Shown: positions 7,755 through 17,479 of the stretch, piece after piece
Position numbering within the stretch: position 1 is the first letter of the stretch
Layout: each line of letters begins with the position of its first letter
From: a virus
Virus record (IMG/VR): IMGVR_UViG_3300005095_000128
Span: 19,582 to 83,581 of that record
DNA length: 64,000 nucleotides
Strand: one strand, 5' to 3'
Notes under the pieces: model-generated
Told to the model about the DNA's origin: nothing
The model's input: the letters and a program-made list of their open reading frames with translations, nothing else
The model's database searches: none
Translations under genes and position numbers: made by a program

Positions 7755-9485
7755 CTAGCGCTGGCGGAAGGCGTCAAGCTTGGGCGGAATGTCGTTGATC
7801 GGCCCCTCTTCCACGTCTTGCGAGAGGCGCTCGTTCGGGAGCTCTTCGAGCTTCTTCTGCAAGCGCTCCCGCTCGGCTTTGAGCGCGTCGATCTCGCCAC
7901 GCTCGGCCATCGCCTCGACCATCTTGGCGTAGCCTTCCGCATTCTCGACGCCTTCGCTAGCAACGAAGAGCCGCTTGACCTCCTCAACGAGATCCTTCAC
8001 GTACTGCTCACCGAGCTTCGCCTTCGGCTCCAGGTCGGCAAGCTTCGCCTCGAGTTCCGCAAGCTTCGCCTCAAGCTCGTCGACCTTGGCCGCCTTGTCC
8101 GCCTGCTCATTCAGCTTGGCCTGCATGGCCTCGACGAGCTCGGCGAACGCCTTGTTTAGCTCGGCCTCGAGCTTCTCACGATCACCCTCTACGGTGATCA
8201 CGTCCTCGCCAAGTTTGACGGTAAGCTCCATAACCTCAACCTCCTTCTCTTCTTCGTCGTCGGCAAAGAGCCGCTTTACAAGCGCAGACGCCTCATCGAG
8301 GAGCTCGCTCTCCACGTACCCGCTGGCGAGAAGCCGCGCAACCTCCACGTAGCGCTCCCAGGAAGCGGCATCGCGCTCCCAAGGCGCCTTGCGCCCAAAC
8401 TCGTGATAGTGCTCAGCAAGGTGGCGCTGGATCGCGGGAACCTCGTCCTCCGGCACATCAGCGGTAGGAAGCCGCTGAGCCGCCGCCCGCACACCACCCC
8501 ACTTGACCACCGAGTTCGGATATCGCTCGGTGGGAATGTGGTGAGGAAGCTTCAAGTCGGAGAAGGTGTATTCCTCGGTATTGCGCGACGGGGCCCAGGC
8601 AAAGTGACTCGCAACCCAGCGCCGCTGGGCAGCAGAAAGGTCCTCCCACCGCGTGTCGCGCGGAAGGTCCATCGCATCGAGGAACTGCTCGAAGGTCGGC
8701 CGCGTCCAGTCGCTCCTGTTGTCCAGGCCATACCCGGGCGGGTTCGGGGGAACGTAAGCCTTCTCCATCCGCCCCTTCTTCATCTCATCAACCTCCTCAA
8801 TGGTCTTGGCGCCATGCTCGGCAGCAGCGGCAGCAAGCAGACCACCAACCTTGGTATCGGGGTGCGCACCCTTGTAAACGATCGAAGCCTCGACGAACTT
8901 GAGGTTGCCAGTGGTACGGATGTAGCAAACCTCTCCGTCGTACTCGAACCCGCGCATGTGCGGGCAGTACTCGCCATCCTCGTTCGGCTCCAAGCCGAAG
9001 TAGTCGCCACCACAAATCGAGCAGATCGCCTTGTCGTAGAACCAGGTAATCGAGGCTTCGTTATAAATGCCCTTGTCGATCTTCTCGACGAGCTTGCGCC
9101 CCTCCTCGTCGTTGAGGACGTAGAACCACCCGTCGATCCAGTGCTCACCGCCATCCTCGACGACCTTGGCGGCAAAGAACGTGCCAATGGGCGCCATCTC
9201 GTAGTTGTGCCCGATGAGCAGCGCCTTCCCGGGCACCTGCCCAACCATCTTCTCCAGGTCCTCCTTCTCGAACTTGGTGAAGATGGAGGTCACCTTGGTG
9301 CCCACCATCCGCATGGGGCGGATGAGCACATCATCAGCGGTAAGCTCGGGCTTACCGCGCTGCCGCTGCAACTCGTTGATCTTGGCCAGATGCTTCTGGA
9401 TCTCTGCCTGGGAAGGGGCGGCGCCGAGCGAGCCCTTTGCCGCAGAAGCAACGATCATGTTCTCGGTAAACTTCTCATGCTTCAC
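7755..9485 (-). CDS. Prohead protease-scaffold fusion protein
   Basis: LLIGHN...IG...EASI, CSICG...CPH zinc motif, EASIVYKGA protease motif and a C-terminal coiled-coil scaffold. GTG start at 9485 after SD. Confidence 0.82.
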   Translation of the reverse strand: MKHEKFTENMIVASAAKGSLGAAPSQAEIQKHLAKINELQRQRGKPELTADDVLIRPMRMVGTKVTSIFTKFEKEDLEKMVGQVPGKALLIGHNYEMAPIGTFFAAKVVEDGGEHWIDGWFYVLNDEEGRKLVEKIDKGIYNEASITWFYDKAICSICGGDYFGLEPNEDGEYCPHMRGFEYDGEVCYIRTTGNLKFVEASIVYKGAHPDTKVGGLLAAAAAEHGAKTIEEVDEMKKGRMEKAYVPPNPPGYGLDNRSDWTRPTFEQFLDAMDLPRDTRWEDLSAAQRRWVASHFAWAPSRNTEEYTFSDLKLPHHIPTERYPNSVVKWGGVRAAAQRLPTADVPEDEVPAIQRHLAEHYHEFGRKAPWERDAASWERYVEVARLLASGYVESELLDEASALVKRLFADDEEEKEVEVMELTVKLGEDVITVEGDREKLEAELNKAFAELVEAMQAKLNEQADKAAKVDELEAKLAELEAKLADLEPKAKLGEQYVKDLVEEVKRLFVASEGVENAEGYAKMVEAMAERGEIDALKAERERLQKKLEELPNERLSQDVEEGPINDIPPKLDAFRQR

Positions 9486-9862
9486 TTTGCACCCCCTTCC
9501 CAGTTGCACGTTAGTTCATATGGCGACCAACCATCATCCACTAGCCACGTATGCCCGGCGTTGCGGATCGAGAGCATAATCTCATTGATTTGGGCAACAG
9601 TAGTAGCAGCTTTCACCTTCGCATACGTATCCTTAAAAAGGAGCTTGCCGGCATCGAGCACAGCTTGCAACTGAGCCAGCGTGCGACCTTCTGGATCCGG
9701 TGATGGCACGCCAAGCTCCTCAGCGGTGGCCACGGCCGCCATTCGATCCTTGAGCTCCTGGAACGCGTAGTATGCATTGAAGTAAAGGTGCTCAAGCGCA
9801 AGCTGCTTGATGTACGCCACCCAATCAGGTGGGCACGGGACTTTCTCGATAGCGGGTGCCAT
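9482..9862 (-). CDS. Hypothetical protein
   Basis: ORF with SD, coupled to neighbouring genes. Confidence 0.7.
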   Translation of the reverse strand: MAPAIEKVPCPPDWVAYIKQLALEHLYFNAYYAFQELKDRMAAVATAEELGVPSPDPEGRTLAQLQAVLDAGKLLFKDTYAKVKAATTVAQINEIMLSIRNAGHTWLVDDGWSPYELTCNWEGGAK

Positions 9863-9863
9863 G

Positions 9864-10385
9864 CTAACCTCCGATCATGAGCCTTGGGTCAGGCGGCAAG
9901 ATGTAAATTGTCATCCTCCGCACCCAAGTACTTGCATTGCGCAACGTCAGCGGCTTGTCCGGCCACGCTCGCTCGATCCACATGCGGAAGTAGCCGCCAC
10001 CCGGATCGCGGTAATCGTTAATGCGCCAACCGCCAGTAAACGAATGCCCGCGTAGATACGATGTTGGGCCAGTCCCACGCGCAAACCACCCAACAAAACC
10101 ACCCGGGTAAATATTATCGTCGTTGTCTGGCGACACAGCGATCACACCAGTGCGCGGCAAACCGTCAGCGTCGCTAAAGCGCACGATGTTGCCAGGCGCA
10201 AGCGTAATCGTTGCAAGCTGCATCGCCCGCGTACCGCTCATGCCGGCATAATTCCAGCCGTTTCCGTCATGCACATACATATCTGGTGTGCCACGGATAA
10301 CGGCCACATCACCGGCAGCGTAGCTCTCAGCGGGCGGGAGCGCATCGACGCCGATCACCCGCACATACGCACTCGGTTCAGGCAT
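9864..10385 (-). CDS. Hypothetical protein, possible virion appendage
   Basis: GDVAVI...MYVHDGNGWNYAG resembles a fibre-type repeat. Confidence 0.5.
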   Translation of the reverse strand: MPEPSAYVRVIGVDALPPAESYAAGDVAVIRGTPDMYVHDGNGWNYAGMSGTRAMQLATITLAPGNIVRFSDADGLPRTGVIAVSPDNDDNIYPGGFVGWFARGTGPTSYLRGHSFTGGWRINDYRDPGGGYFRMWIERAWPDKPLTLRNASTWVRRMTIYILPPDPRLMIGG

Positions 10386-10387
10386 GC

Positions 10388-10717
10388 CTACCTCCTATCG
10401 TTATCCATCGGAATCTCAAAACCAGTGAGGCGCTTCAAGACGGCCACCGTCACCGTGAGCACGCCGCGGTGCCCAAAGTGGCCGATGACGGCGCTAATGG
10501 AAGCCAGCGCGGGTGCATCGAGGTTCGTGTAATACGCCAGGAGCCAGCCGGTCAGGCCGCCCCAGAATCCAACCGAGAAAACCTCGCCTACCCAAACCAC
10601 CCAGGGCTTGCTCTCACCCGCGTGCATGGATCGAAGGATTTCGCCCAACATGGCAAACAACCCCGTGAATAGGAACCAGAAAAGGTCAAACTTGTCGGGC
10701 GGCTGAGGGTACGGCAT
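10388..10717 (-). CDS. Holin
   Basis: About 109 aa with three hydrophobic segments, in the cassette with the endolysin. Start MPYPQ follows SD AGGAGGAG. Confidence 0.75.
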   Translation of the reverse strand: MPYPQPPDKFDLFWFLFTGLFAMLGEILRSMHAGESKPWVVWVGEVFSVGFWGGLTGWLLAYYTNLDAPALASISAVIGHFGHRGVLTVTVAVLKRLTGFEIPMDNDRR

Positions 10718-10719
10718 AC

Positions 10720-11073
10720 TCAATCTCCTCCTGTATAGACAACGGTGAGTGCAAACCTCCACCTCGGCGTAAAGTCGTCGATCTCAGCGCCGGCGGCCAC
10801 TTCAAAATCAAGCACCAAACCATCGCCAAGCAGAAGCCGCAAAGCGGTGTACGGGGTAACAAACGTCTCGCCGCCGAAGCGGTGCATCACGTCAACCCCG
10901 TACCACACCTCAGCAGGCCCGAGGCTTGCGCCTGGACGCTCGGCGTAGCAATCCACGTAGCCGCCGTCGTCGGCAAAAGCCACCCGACATGCCGAGGTGA
11001 AACTAGCGGCGTAGCTTGGCTTTGGAAAGAGTAATGTTAGCGCCAGCAGGGGTGGCAACAGAAGCTTTTTCAT
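10720..11073 (-). CDS. Secreted beta-strand protein, possible small outer-membrane beta-barrel
   Basis: Signal peptide MKKLLLPPLLALTLLFPKPSYA, then alternating amphipathic strands ending WRFALTVVY. Confidence 0.55.
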   Translation of the reverse strand: MKKLLLPPLLALTLLFPKPSYAASFTSACRVAFADDGGYVDCYAERPGASLGPAEVWYGVDVMHRFGGETFVTPYTALRLLLGDGLVLDFEVAAGAEIDDFTPRWRFALTVVYTGGD

Positions 11074-11290
11074 CGTCCTCCTCCATTTCAGCTTTGAGGC
11101 CATCTGCCACCCCCTTCATAAACTCGAGCAACCACTTCTCGAGCGCATCACCGGGCACCTTCTTGGCGATCATCCGGCCGATGGACCGCCCATTCTTGAG
11201 TGCCCAATCTAGCATCGCCCGCGACGCAAAGGCGCCGAGCACGATGCCGATAAGGATCGTTAGCGTTGGATTATTGAACAGATCTCCCAT
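11003..11290 (-). CDS. Small membrane protein in the lysis cassette
   Basis: N-terminal TM helix LTILIGIVLGAFAS. Confidence 0.55.
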   Translation of the reverse strand: MGDLFNNPTLTILIGIVLGAFASRAMLDWALKNGRSIGRMIAKKVPGDALEKWLLEFMKGVADGLKAEMEEDDEKASVATPAGANITLSKAKLRR

Positions 11291-11804
11291 TCCAGCACCC
11301 CCTCACCTCATCCGACGCATCGAACTTCTTGAAGAGGTGCATCGGATCGAGGTAGTTCCTCTTGATGAAGTCCCTGTCTACACCGGGCCAGTAATCGGGT
11401 GGCAGATCGGCAAGCCGCACCTCGAAGTGCAAGTGCGCCACGAACGGACGCATCGGATCGCCGCGGCCAATGGAGCCGATGTCCTCGCCCTCGCAAACGC
11501 GCATCCCCTCCTCGACGCTCATGTGCCGAAGGTGCGCGTATTGCGTCCACACGTTGAGCCCGGGATGCCAGATGACCACGATGTTGCCCCATACGCGGTG
11601 GCGCCCAGCGTGCGTGACAACGCCGCGATAGATAGCCCGGACCGGATAGCCGTCATCCCAGTTGCCTGGCGCACCCACGTTGATGTCGATACCCGGGTGC
11701 TCAGCGGCGGGAAGCCCGGCACGCACGCGCCAGTTGCGATACTCTGGGTCGAGGAAACCGGCGCTAACGCGGGCCCTGCTCCACGGCTTTACCGGATACA
11801 CCAT
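11271..11804 (-). CDS. M23 family peptidase (endolysin)
   Basis: HPGIDIN, GNIVVIWH, YAHL and HLHFEVR zinc-peptidase motifs. Confidence 0.92.
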   Translation of the reverse strand: MVYPVKPWSRARVSAGFLDPEYRNWRVRAGLPAAEHPGIDINVGAPGNWDDGYPVRAIYRGVVTHAGRHRVWGNIVVIWHPGLNVWTQYAHLRHMSVEEGMRVCEGEDIGSIGRGDPMRPFVAHLHFEVRLADLPPDYWPGVDRDFIKRNYLDPMHLFKKFDASDEVRGCWNGRSVQ

Positions 11805-13098
11805 CTTGGTCCTCCACCGGCTCAGGGGGCAACCCGTGCTTCTCGCGTAGGCGCTTCATGAGGTCGGGGTCGGCGCCGAAGATGTCGAGAAGCATCTTGT
11901 CAGCCTCGATATCGGTGCGGCGCGCCCTAGCATTGGACTCGGTGAACGGCGATTGCGGCTCCTTAAACTCGATCTCGACCGTCGCTGCAATGCCCTGCAG
12001 GCGAAGGTGAAGATTCAAGCCAAACTCGAGCTGCCGCTTGACCACCGCCTGGATATTCTTTGCCTCGGCAAGGATGATCGGGAAGGCAACCTTCGCCCAG
12101 GTCTCCGAGAGGCTCTCGGAGCGGCCGCGCATGAACGGCAGGGTGCGCACACCCGACCAGATCCGGTGCTCGTTGTCCTGCCACGCCGGAAACGCGCCGG
12201 AGATGTCACGCGCCGGCGAAGTCACCTTCATCTCGGTTCCGGCCGGTGTGACAAACACCCCCTGCCGCTCTCCTTCAGTGAGTAGATCGGCGACCTTCCT
12301 GAGCTTACGGGTCACCATGTCGATGTAGGCCGGATCTAGCTCGGACTCAAACCCAGCCTCTTGCGGCGGAGGAATCTGCACGGAGACGTGTACGATGCCG
12401 GCGATACCGAGAATCTCGATCAGGCGGTCGATGTTCTCGATCATCCGCCCCTTGCGCTGCAATGCCGAGAGGGCGGCGATGATGAGCGGGATACCATATG
12501 GCGAATCGCCGACGGTTTGAAGTGGCGCGTACAGGAATGTCGCCGGGTTGAGGCGCACTTCCTGGCCAGCGACCTCTTGCCAGAACTCGAGCGTTCCGTC
12601 GCGCCGGCGAACCAGCTTTATCGTTTCCGCCGGAACCGGATACGCCTGTTTGATAGCGGTTCTTCCACGGTTTGGGACCCATTCGACAGCCGACGCGCCA
12701 GCAACGACCACCTCGACGATTTGATTGTTGACAAACGCATGAAGCGAGCCGGTCTCAAAAAGCGAATCAATACTGGCCAGGGCTTCTCTGGCACGCTTTT
12801 CGTGCCTCCCACCTTTCGCCTTGATATTGAACTCGAAACCCGGGTTCGCGAGCACCACGAGATCGCGAACCGCGCCGTAAACGTCCTCGTCGGCAAGCGC
12901 AAGGTAGCGCAAATACCGGATGATGCTCGGGGTAATCTGCACCCCGTCGGCCACCACACGGTCGAGCTCACCGACCTCGTATCCCGACCGGCGGTTGTAC
13001 CCACCGATCACCACCATATCGGGCGTAATCGTGCGGCTACCTTGCGGCTGGGGCCCAGTGCGACGAAAGCGCGATGCCAGCCAGTCTAAAAGCCCCAT
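11764..13098 (-). CDS. Portal protein
   Basis: 444 aa directly after terminase, with SPYGIPLI motif. Confidence 0.85.
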   Translation of the reverse strand: MGLLDWLASRFRRTGPQPQGSRTITPDMVVIGGYNRRSGYEVGELDRVVADGVQITPSIIRYLRYLALADEDVYGAVRDLVVLANPGFEFNIKAKGGRHEKRAREALASIDSLFETGSLHAFVNNQIVEVVVAGASAVEWVPNRGRTAIKQAYPVPAETIKLVRRRDGTLEFWQEVAGQEVRLNPATFLYAPLQTVGDSPYGIPLIIAALSALQRKGRMIENIDRLIEILGIAGIVHVSVQIPPPQEAGFESELDPAYIDMVTRKLRKVADLLTEGERQGVFVTPAGTEMKVTSPARDISGAFPAWQDNEHRIWSGVRTLPFMRGRSESLSETWAKVAFPIILAEAKNIQAVVKRQLEFGLNLHLRLQGIAATVEIEFKEPQSPFTESNARARRTDIEADKMLLDIFGADPDLMKRLREKHGLPPEPVEDQDGVSGKAVEQGPR

Positions 13099-13109
13099 CT
13101 GCCACCTCC

Positions 13110-14711
13110 CTAGTCATTCGGTCTATAAATGCGCCCAATCATCGCTAGCAATGCGTCAAGGCCGGGCGCCCACCCATCGCTTCCGGTTTCACCCTGAAAG
13201 ACCGCGAGCACGAAAGCGTCAGCCCGGTCAGGGCTACGCCCGAGCCGGCGCTTGATCGCCTCCTTGCTCTCGATCTGGATCCGCCCCGTGTTATCGATGC
13301 GGTAGCGATGCTCGAGGAGCTCGCGGTCCAACCGATCGTCCCGCGGCACACCCACGTCCTTGAGCGCGTCGCGGAGGTAGTAGTACATCTCGGCCCGCTT
13401 GTTGGCGTAGCGCACCCCGTTGGAAGGCGCACCGCCAAACTGAATCGGCACGAGCTCGAACCATGGCGCGTTTTCTTTGCGCAAGATCACGTCGCGAATC
13501 TGGTCGACGACGCCACCGCCAACGCCACCCTCGTCGATGAGCAGACGCACGCGGGCGTTTTTGACACCGCGCTGACGCGCCTTTGTGCGTGCGGCAGTAG
13601 CGATTTTCCAGATACGGTTCGCCGTCTCAACGGTCGACGCCTCGCCCCACACATGGGCCGGCATGACCATCCCGCCCCAGTTCTCGTAAACCACGTTTTC
13701 GTCGGCACCAAAACGAGCGATGTCAGCGCCAAGTTGGATGGTGAAGGTGTCCTTGTTCGGCAGGCGAACGTCGTCGCTCCACCGACGGTGGGCGGCCTCG
13801 AGAAGATCGAGGCTGATGATCTGGTCCTCGGCCTGGGGCGGCGGAAGGCCGAGGATCTTGCTCATGGCGATCGCGCTCGCCCGCCAGAACTTACCATCCC
13901 ACCAGAAGTAGCCCTTTTCGGCTAGCGCAAGCTGCTCGCGCTCGTCCTCCGGCGGGACGACTTCCTCGCACCACTCGCGCACGTGCTCGTCGACCCAATC
14001 CCAGGTCACCGCACCGGGGATGACGGTCTTACGCTGCACGACGTTTGGGTGCTCAAGCGAGCTAATGCGCATGGCATAGGCGCCGCGCTTCGTCTTGAGC
14101 ATCTCGTGCGGGTCGTTCGGCGAGATCGGGTTGCCAAGCGATAGCACCTTGTTGTTCTCGCCGACGCGGATACCCTCGATGGCGGCGAAAATCTTCGGAT
14201 CAACGCCAGGGCCCTCGTCGATCACCACCAGGATGTTCGGCGAGTGGTGCCCCTGGAAGCGCGTCTCATCGTCGGTGGACAAGCCGATGGCAAACCGGTC
14301 GTCGCTAATGACGATCTCGGTTTGTTTGATGCGCCCGGGCAATCCCTTCCCGCGGCGCATGGTGCGGATCTCCTTCCAAAGGAGCGTGCGCACCTGGTTC
14401 CACGTGGGCGCCGTGGTGAGCACGAGCGCCGGATCGTGAACGTCGAGAAACCAGTTGACGATGGCGGCAGCGCCAGAGGTCTTACCGACGCCGTGACCGG
14501 CGTTTACCCGCACGACCTTGTGCGTGGCCACGGCGCGGGCCATCTCCTCCTGCTTGGCCCAGAAGTTGAACTTGAGAATCTCGCGAGCGTACCCGACCGG
14601 ATCATCCTTGTACGCGAACAAATCGAGGTACTTGCCGGCCTGGTTGGTATCAGGCTCTACCTTGCGAAGCACCTCACGCAAAATGTCTTCCGGTCGGAAC
14701 CTCGGCATCAT
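13110..14711 (-). CDS. terL: Terminase large subunit
   Basis: Walker A AGHGVGKT, APTWNQV, Walker B VVIDEG, LGNP, and RNase H-like GADIARFGAD...SPDRADA. Confidence 0.96.
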   Translation of the reverse strand: MMPRFRPEDILREVLRKVEPDTNQAGKYLDLFAYKDDPVGYAREILKFNFWAKQEEMARAVATHKVVRVNAGHGVGKTSGAAAIVNWFLDVHDPALVLTTAPTWNQVRTLLWKEIRTMRRGKGLPGRIKQTEIVISDDRFAIGLSTDDETRFQGHHSPNILVVIDEGPGVDPKIFAAIEGIRVGENNKVLSLGNPISPNDPHEMLKTKRGAYAMRISSLEHPNVVQRKTVIPGAVTWDWVDEHVREWCEEVVPPEDEREQLALAEKGYFWWDGKFWRASAIAMSKILGLPPPQAEDQIISLDLLEAAHRRWSDDVRLPNKDTFTIQLGADIARFGADENVVYENWGGMVMPAHVWGEASTVETANRIWKIATAARTKARQRGVKNARVRLLIDEGGVGGGVVDQIRDVILRKENAPWFELVPIQFGGAPSNGVRYANKRAEMYYYLRDALKDVGVPRDDRLDRELLEHRYRIDNTGRIQIESKEAIKRRLGRSPDRADAFVLAVFQGETGSDGWAPGLDALLAMIGRIYRPND

Positions 14712-15250
14712 CTCACCTCTAACGACTCGAACTCAGCGGCTAGATCAACGAGCTTGTCGCGAAGCATCATCTCTTCGGTTGGATCGATGAGGAGCGTGAT
14801 CTTCACCTTGCGCGGCTCATCGTCGATGGGTTCGACGGTCACGGAGCTAGCAAGTTCCTTGAGCTCGCTCACGTAATCCTCGTTGAAACCCGTACCGAGC
14901 AAGCCGCCCTCGATCTCGGCAAGCTCGCGGAGAATCCGGGTGAGCTCCTCATCGTCATAGGTGGCAAGGTCGGCGGTGCGGTTGTCGGCAAGAACGATCT
15001 TTAACTCGTCCTGCTCGTCCACGTCGACCCAGGCAACCTGGATCTTCTCCCATCCAAGCTGCCTTGCGGCCTCGTAGGTGTGGTTTCCGGCAAGGATGTG
15101 GCCGGTGCGCAGGTTAGCAACGATCGGGCGGTACTGGCCGTGTACGGCAAGCGATTCCTTGATCGCGTCAAGGTTGCCGCGCCGCGGGTTGCGTGGGTGT
15201 TTGGTGAGGCGATCGAGCTTGACCTTCTCGACCTTCTTGACCGAGATCAT
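14708..15250 (-). CDS. ParB/Srx-like N-terminal domain protein
   Basis: HPRNPR, ILAGNHTYEAARQLG and LADNRTADLATYD motifs. Confidence 0.85.
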   Translation of the reverse strand: MISVKKVEKVKLDRLTKHPRNPRRGNLDAIKESLAVHGQYRPIVANLRTGHILAGNHTYEAARQLGWEKIQVAWVDVDEQDELKIVLADNRTADLATYDDEELTRILRELAEIEGGLLGTGFNEDYVSELKELASSVTVEPIDDEPRKVKITLLIDPTEEMMLRDKLVDLAAEFESLEVR

Positions 15251-15627
15251 CAGTAAACCACCACCACGCTAGGCTTGGCGATTGCCGTCGCACCTTCACC
15301 GCACACCTGGATCTCGTACACATACCTCGGCCAGTCGTTCACGCCGGCCCGCTCGGCAAGCCTACCAAAGCACTCGATGCACACGAAATCGCGCTTTACC
15401 TGCTCAGGTACAACGGAGCCCCACAGGTTCTCGTCGACCACGTAGTCGATATTCGAGTTGCGACCGCAAATCGAGCACGACAAGAGCAGGCCATCGCTTA
15501 CGCGCTCAGGCCAGTAGTCCTCGCCGCCGACCTCAACCTCAAAGACGCCATCCTCACGAAGTCTCGTCCTCACGGTCTCTCCCAGATGCCGAGGAAGTAG
15601 CACACCTCCTCGACCGCCACCTCGCAC
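15250..15627 (-). CDS. Hypothetical zinc-binding protein
   Basis: CSICGR...CIECF motifs. Start uncertain. Confidence 0.55.
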   Translation of the reverse strand: MRGGGRGGVLLPRHLGETVRTRLREDGVFEVEVGGEDYWPERVSDGLLLSCSICGRNSNIDYVVDENLWGSVVPEQVKRDFVCIECFGRLAERAGVNDWPRYVYEIQVCGEGATAIAKPSVVVVY

Positions 15628-15770
15628 CCGATGTCCACCGCCATGTCCATGATTCGATAACCGTTTTCGAGCGGATGCTCGAGGGCGCGAATCAAGTCCT
15701 CGTCGCTATAGTGCGCAAGCTCTGGCGGTGAGTTCGGGCAATCGCGAATCATGTCGACGAGCCGCGTCAT
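15570..15770 (-). CDS. Hypothetical protein
   Basis: Short ORF coupled to its neighbours. Confidence 0.5.
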   Translation of the reverse strand: MTRLVDMIRDCPNSPPELAHYSDEDLIRALEHPLENGYRIMDMAVDIGCEVAVEEVCYFLGIWERP

Positions 15771-15772
15771 GG

Positions 15773-16288
15773 CTACGCCTCCGCAACCGCGCCGCCCTCG
15801 GCCTCGAGTTCGCGCTTAAGCGCGGCCCGCGCCTCCTCTGGCATTTGGCGAACGATCTCCTCGATCGCCTTGGAGTTATCGCCGAAGATGCGGTAGTACT
15901 CCTTGACGACGTTGAGGTAAGCCTGGAAGAGCGCGTCAGCGCTACGCCACTTGAGCTTGAGCTCGCCCTCGGCGTACTGCTGTACTTCCTTCGAGAGGAT
16001 CTGGAACATCGAGCGTAGCGCGATCCAGGTATGCTCGCGCACCTCGGCCGCTTCCTCGGCGAGACGCTTCGCCTGGCTCTCGTACAGGTGTGCCTGGTAA
16101 CGAGCAAGGAACTCCTGCCAGCTAACGGGCACGCCACGCTCGTACCAGCCTTTCACGGTATTGGCAGCCACCTTCACGCCAAAGCGGTCATTGATCCGCC
16201 GGGCAAGCTCAGACCACCCAATGGCGCCGTTGGCCTGAGCCCACATGCGCATGGCCGCCTCGATGATCTCTGGCGAGTAAGACGGCAT
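15773..16288 (-). CDS. Putative terminase small subunit
   Basis: N-terminal HTH (WSELARRI...VAANTVKGW) followed by helices, upstream of TerL. Confidence 0.65.
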   Translation of the reverse strand: MPSYSPEIIEAAMRMWAQANGAIGWSELARRINDRFGVKVAANTVKGWYERGVPVSWQEFLARYQAHLYESQAKRLAEEAAEVREHTWIALRSMFQILSKEVQQYAEGELKLKWRSADALFQAYLNVVKEYYRIFGDNSKAIEEIVRQMPEEARAALKRELEAEGGAVAEA

Positions 16289-16289
16289 G

Positions 16290-16571
16290 CTACTCCCCCC
16301 TCTCGTACACCCGGAGGGTTGCCGCCGTCGAAGTGAGCTCTGAGGATGCGTCTGAGCTCACGATGTAGAAGGTATACACGCCAACCTGGTCAAGCAGGCC
16401 GGCAGGGACGGTGAGCGTCACGAGCGAGCCGGATACGCTCGTCGGTGCAAGCGTACCGGTCGTGCCATCTGGCTTCACGTAGTGGATCGTCATCAAGCCA
16501 GGCGGTAGTGCGCCATCGATATAGAACTCGATGGTGAAGCCGTAATCGCCCTTGTAAACACGCTCACTCAT
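16290..16571 (-). CDS. Small Ig-like/BppU-like beta protein
   Basis: KGDYG...YVKPDGT...LDQVGVY motifs. Confidence 0.5.
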   Translation of the reverse strand: MSERVYKGDYGFTIEFYIDGALPPGLMTIHYVKPDGTTGTLAPTSVSGSLVTLTVPAGLLDQVGVYTFYIVSSDASSELTSTAATLRVYERGE

Positions 16572-16734
16572 CGAAGCTCACCACCAAACGTACACGGGGG
16601 CGAAAGGTAACCGTCGCGGCAACCCTCGTCGCAAACCGCACGTACAAGCGCAAAAGTGTCATGTTCACCCCCGGAAAGGACTAAATAACCGGCGCCCGCT
16701 TTCTGGAGCGCCGGGAGTTCATAGATAACGAAGC

Positions 16735-16980
16735 TCAGTCGGAGAGGCGATTTGCCAAACGGCGCTCGCTTTCAGAAAGGAAGGCGTAAAGCGCTTCCCA
16801 GGTTAGAATCGCCTGCCCACCCTCGAGCGAAAGCCCGTCGAGAAACAACTCGATGCGAACGCCGTTTTTGAGCTCAACGATGAGATTCGGCTCCTGCTGA
16901 TAAATCGCCACCACATCGAAGTCGCCGATTTCCTCCTCGTGCACGATCGGCATAAGCCACAACCCCCTAGCTATAGACAT
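16735..16980 (-). CDS. Hypothetical protein
   Basis: ORF within the operon. Confidence 0.55.
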   Translation of the reverse strand: MSIARGLWLMPIVHEEEIGDFDVVAIYQQEPNLIVELKNGVRIELFLDGLSLEGGQAILTWEALYAFLSESERRLANRLSD

Positions 16981-17479
16981 CTCCCCAGTATCCGTAAATC
17001 AGGCCGCGGACCACATCATCGTCGAGCTCGCTAAGCATTCTGATGACGGTATCGAGGAACCTCGCTTGCGAGAGCTCCATCCCGGTGAGCTCGTGGTAGA
17101 TGTCGGCAAAGCGCTTGTACTGCTGCATGTAGAGCTCGTAGAGGCCCTCGTCAACCGTCGGCAAACGCTTACGACGACTTTGCGACTTGAGCAGGGCGCG
17201 AAGCGTTTGTGAGTCCTTCGATCGCATCAACTCGCGAGCGACCTTGTACCCGCGCTCGTCGGCAAGCCTCGCGCCGTAGTAGAGGCGATCGAGCGACAGG
17301 CTGGCTAGCTCGTCGTCGTCTAGGCGGTCGCGCCACGCCGACATCGCCACCCGCGCCTTGTGCACGAACGTCGGATGCACGCCGTACTCATCGGCAACGT
17401 CGATCGCGTTGCGCGGATCGTCAGCAACGGCCTTGATGAGCTCAAGCCTGGCTCGCTTGTAGTTGTCTACGGCCCCCAT
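16967..17479 (-). CDS. Hypothetical HTH-containing protein
   Basis: DVADEYGVHPTFVHK HTH-like motif. Start re-called to MGAVDN after GGAGG-like SD. Confidence 0.55.
   Translation of the reverse strand: MGAVDNYKRARLELIKAVADDPRNAIDVADEYGVHPTFVHKARVAMSAWRDRLDDDELASLSLDRLYYGARLADERGYKVARELMRSKDSQTLRALLKSQSRRKRLPTVDEGLYELYMQQYKRFADIYHELTGMELSQARFLDTVIRMLSELDDDVVRGLIYGYWGDVYS

Noticed and set aside
151-9674. Long plus-strand ORFs (151-1296, 3261-3968, 5939-6658, 8403-9674)
   Set aside because: They are antisense shadows of GC-rich minus-strand structural genes, with no SDs or motifs.
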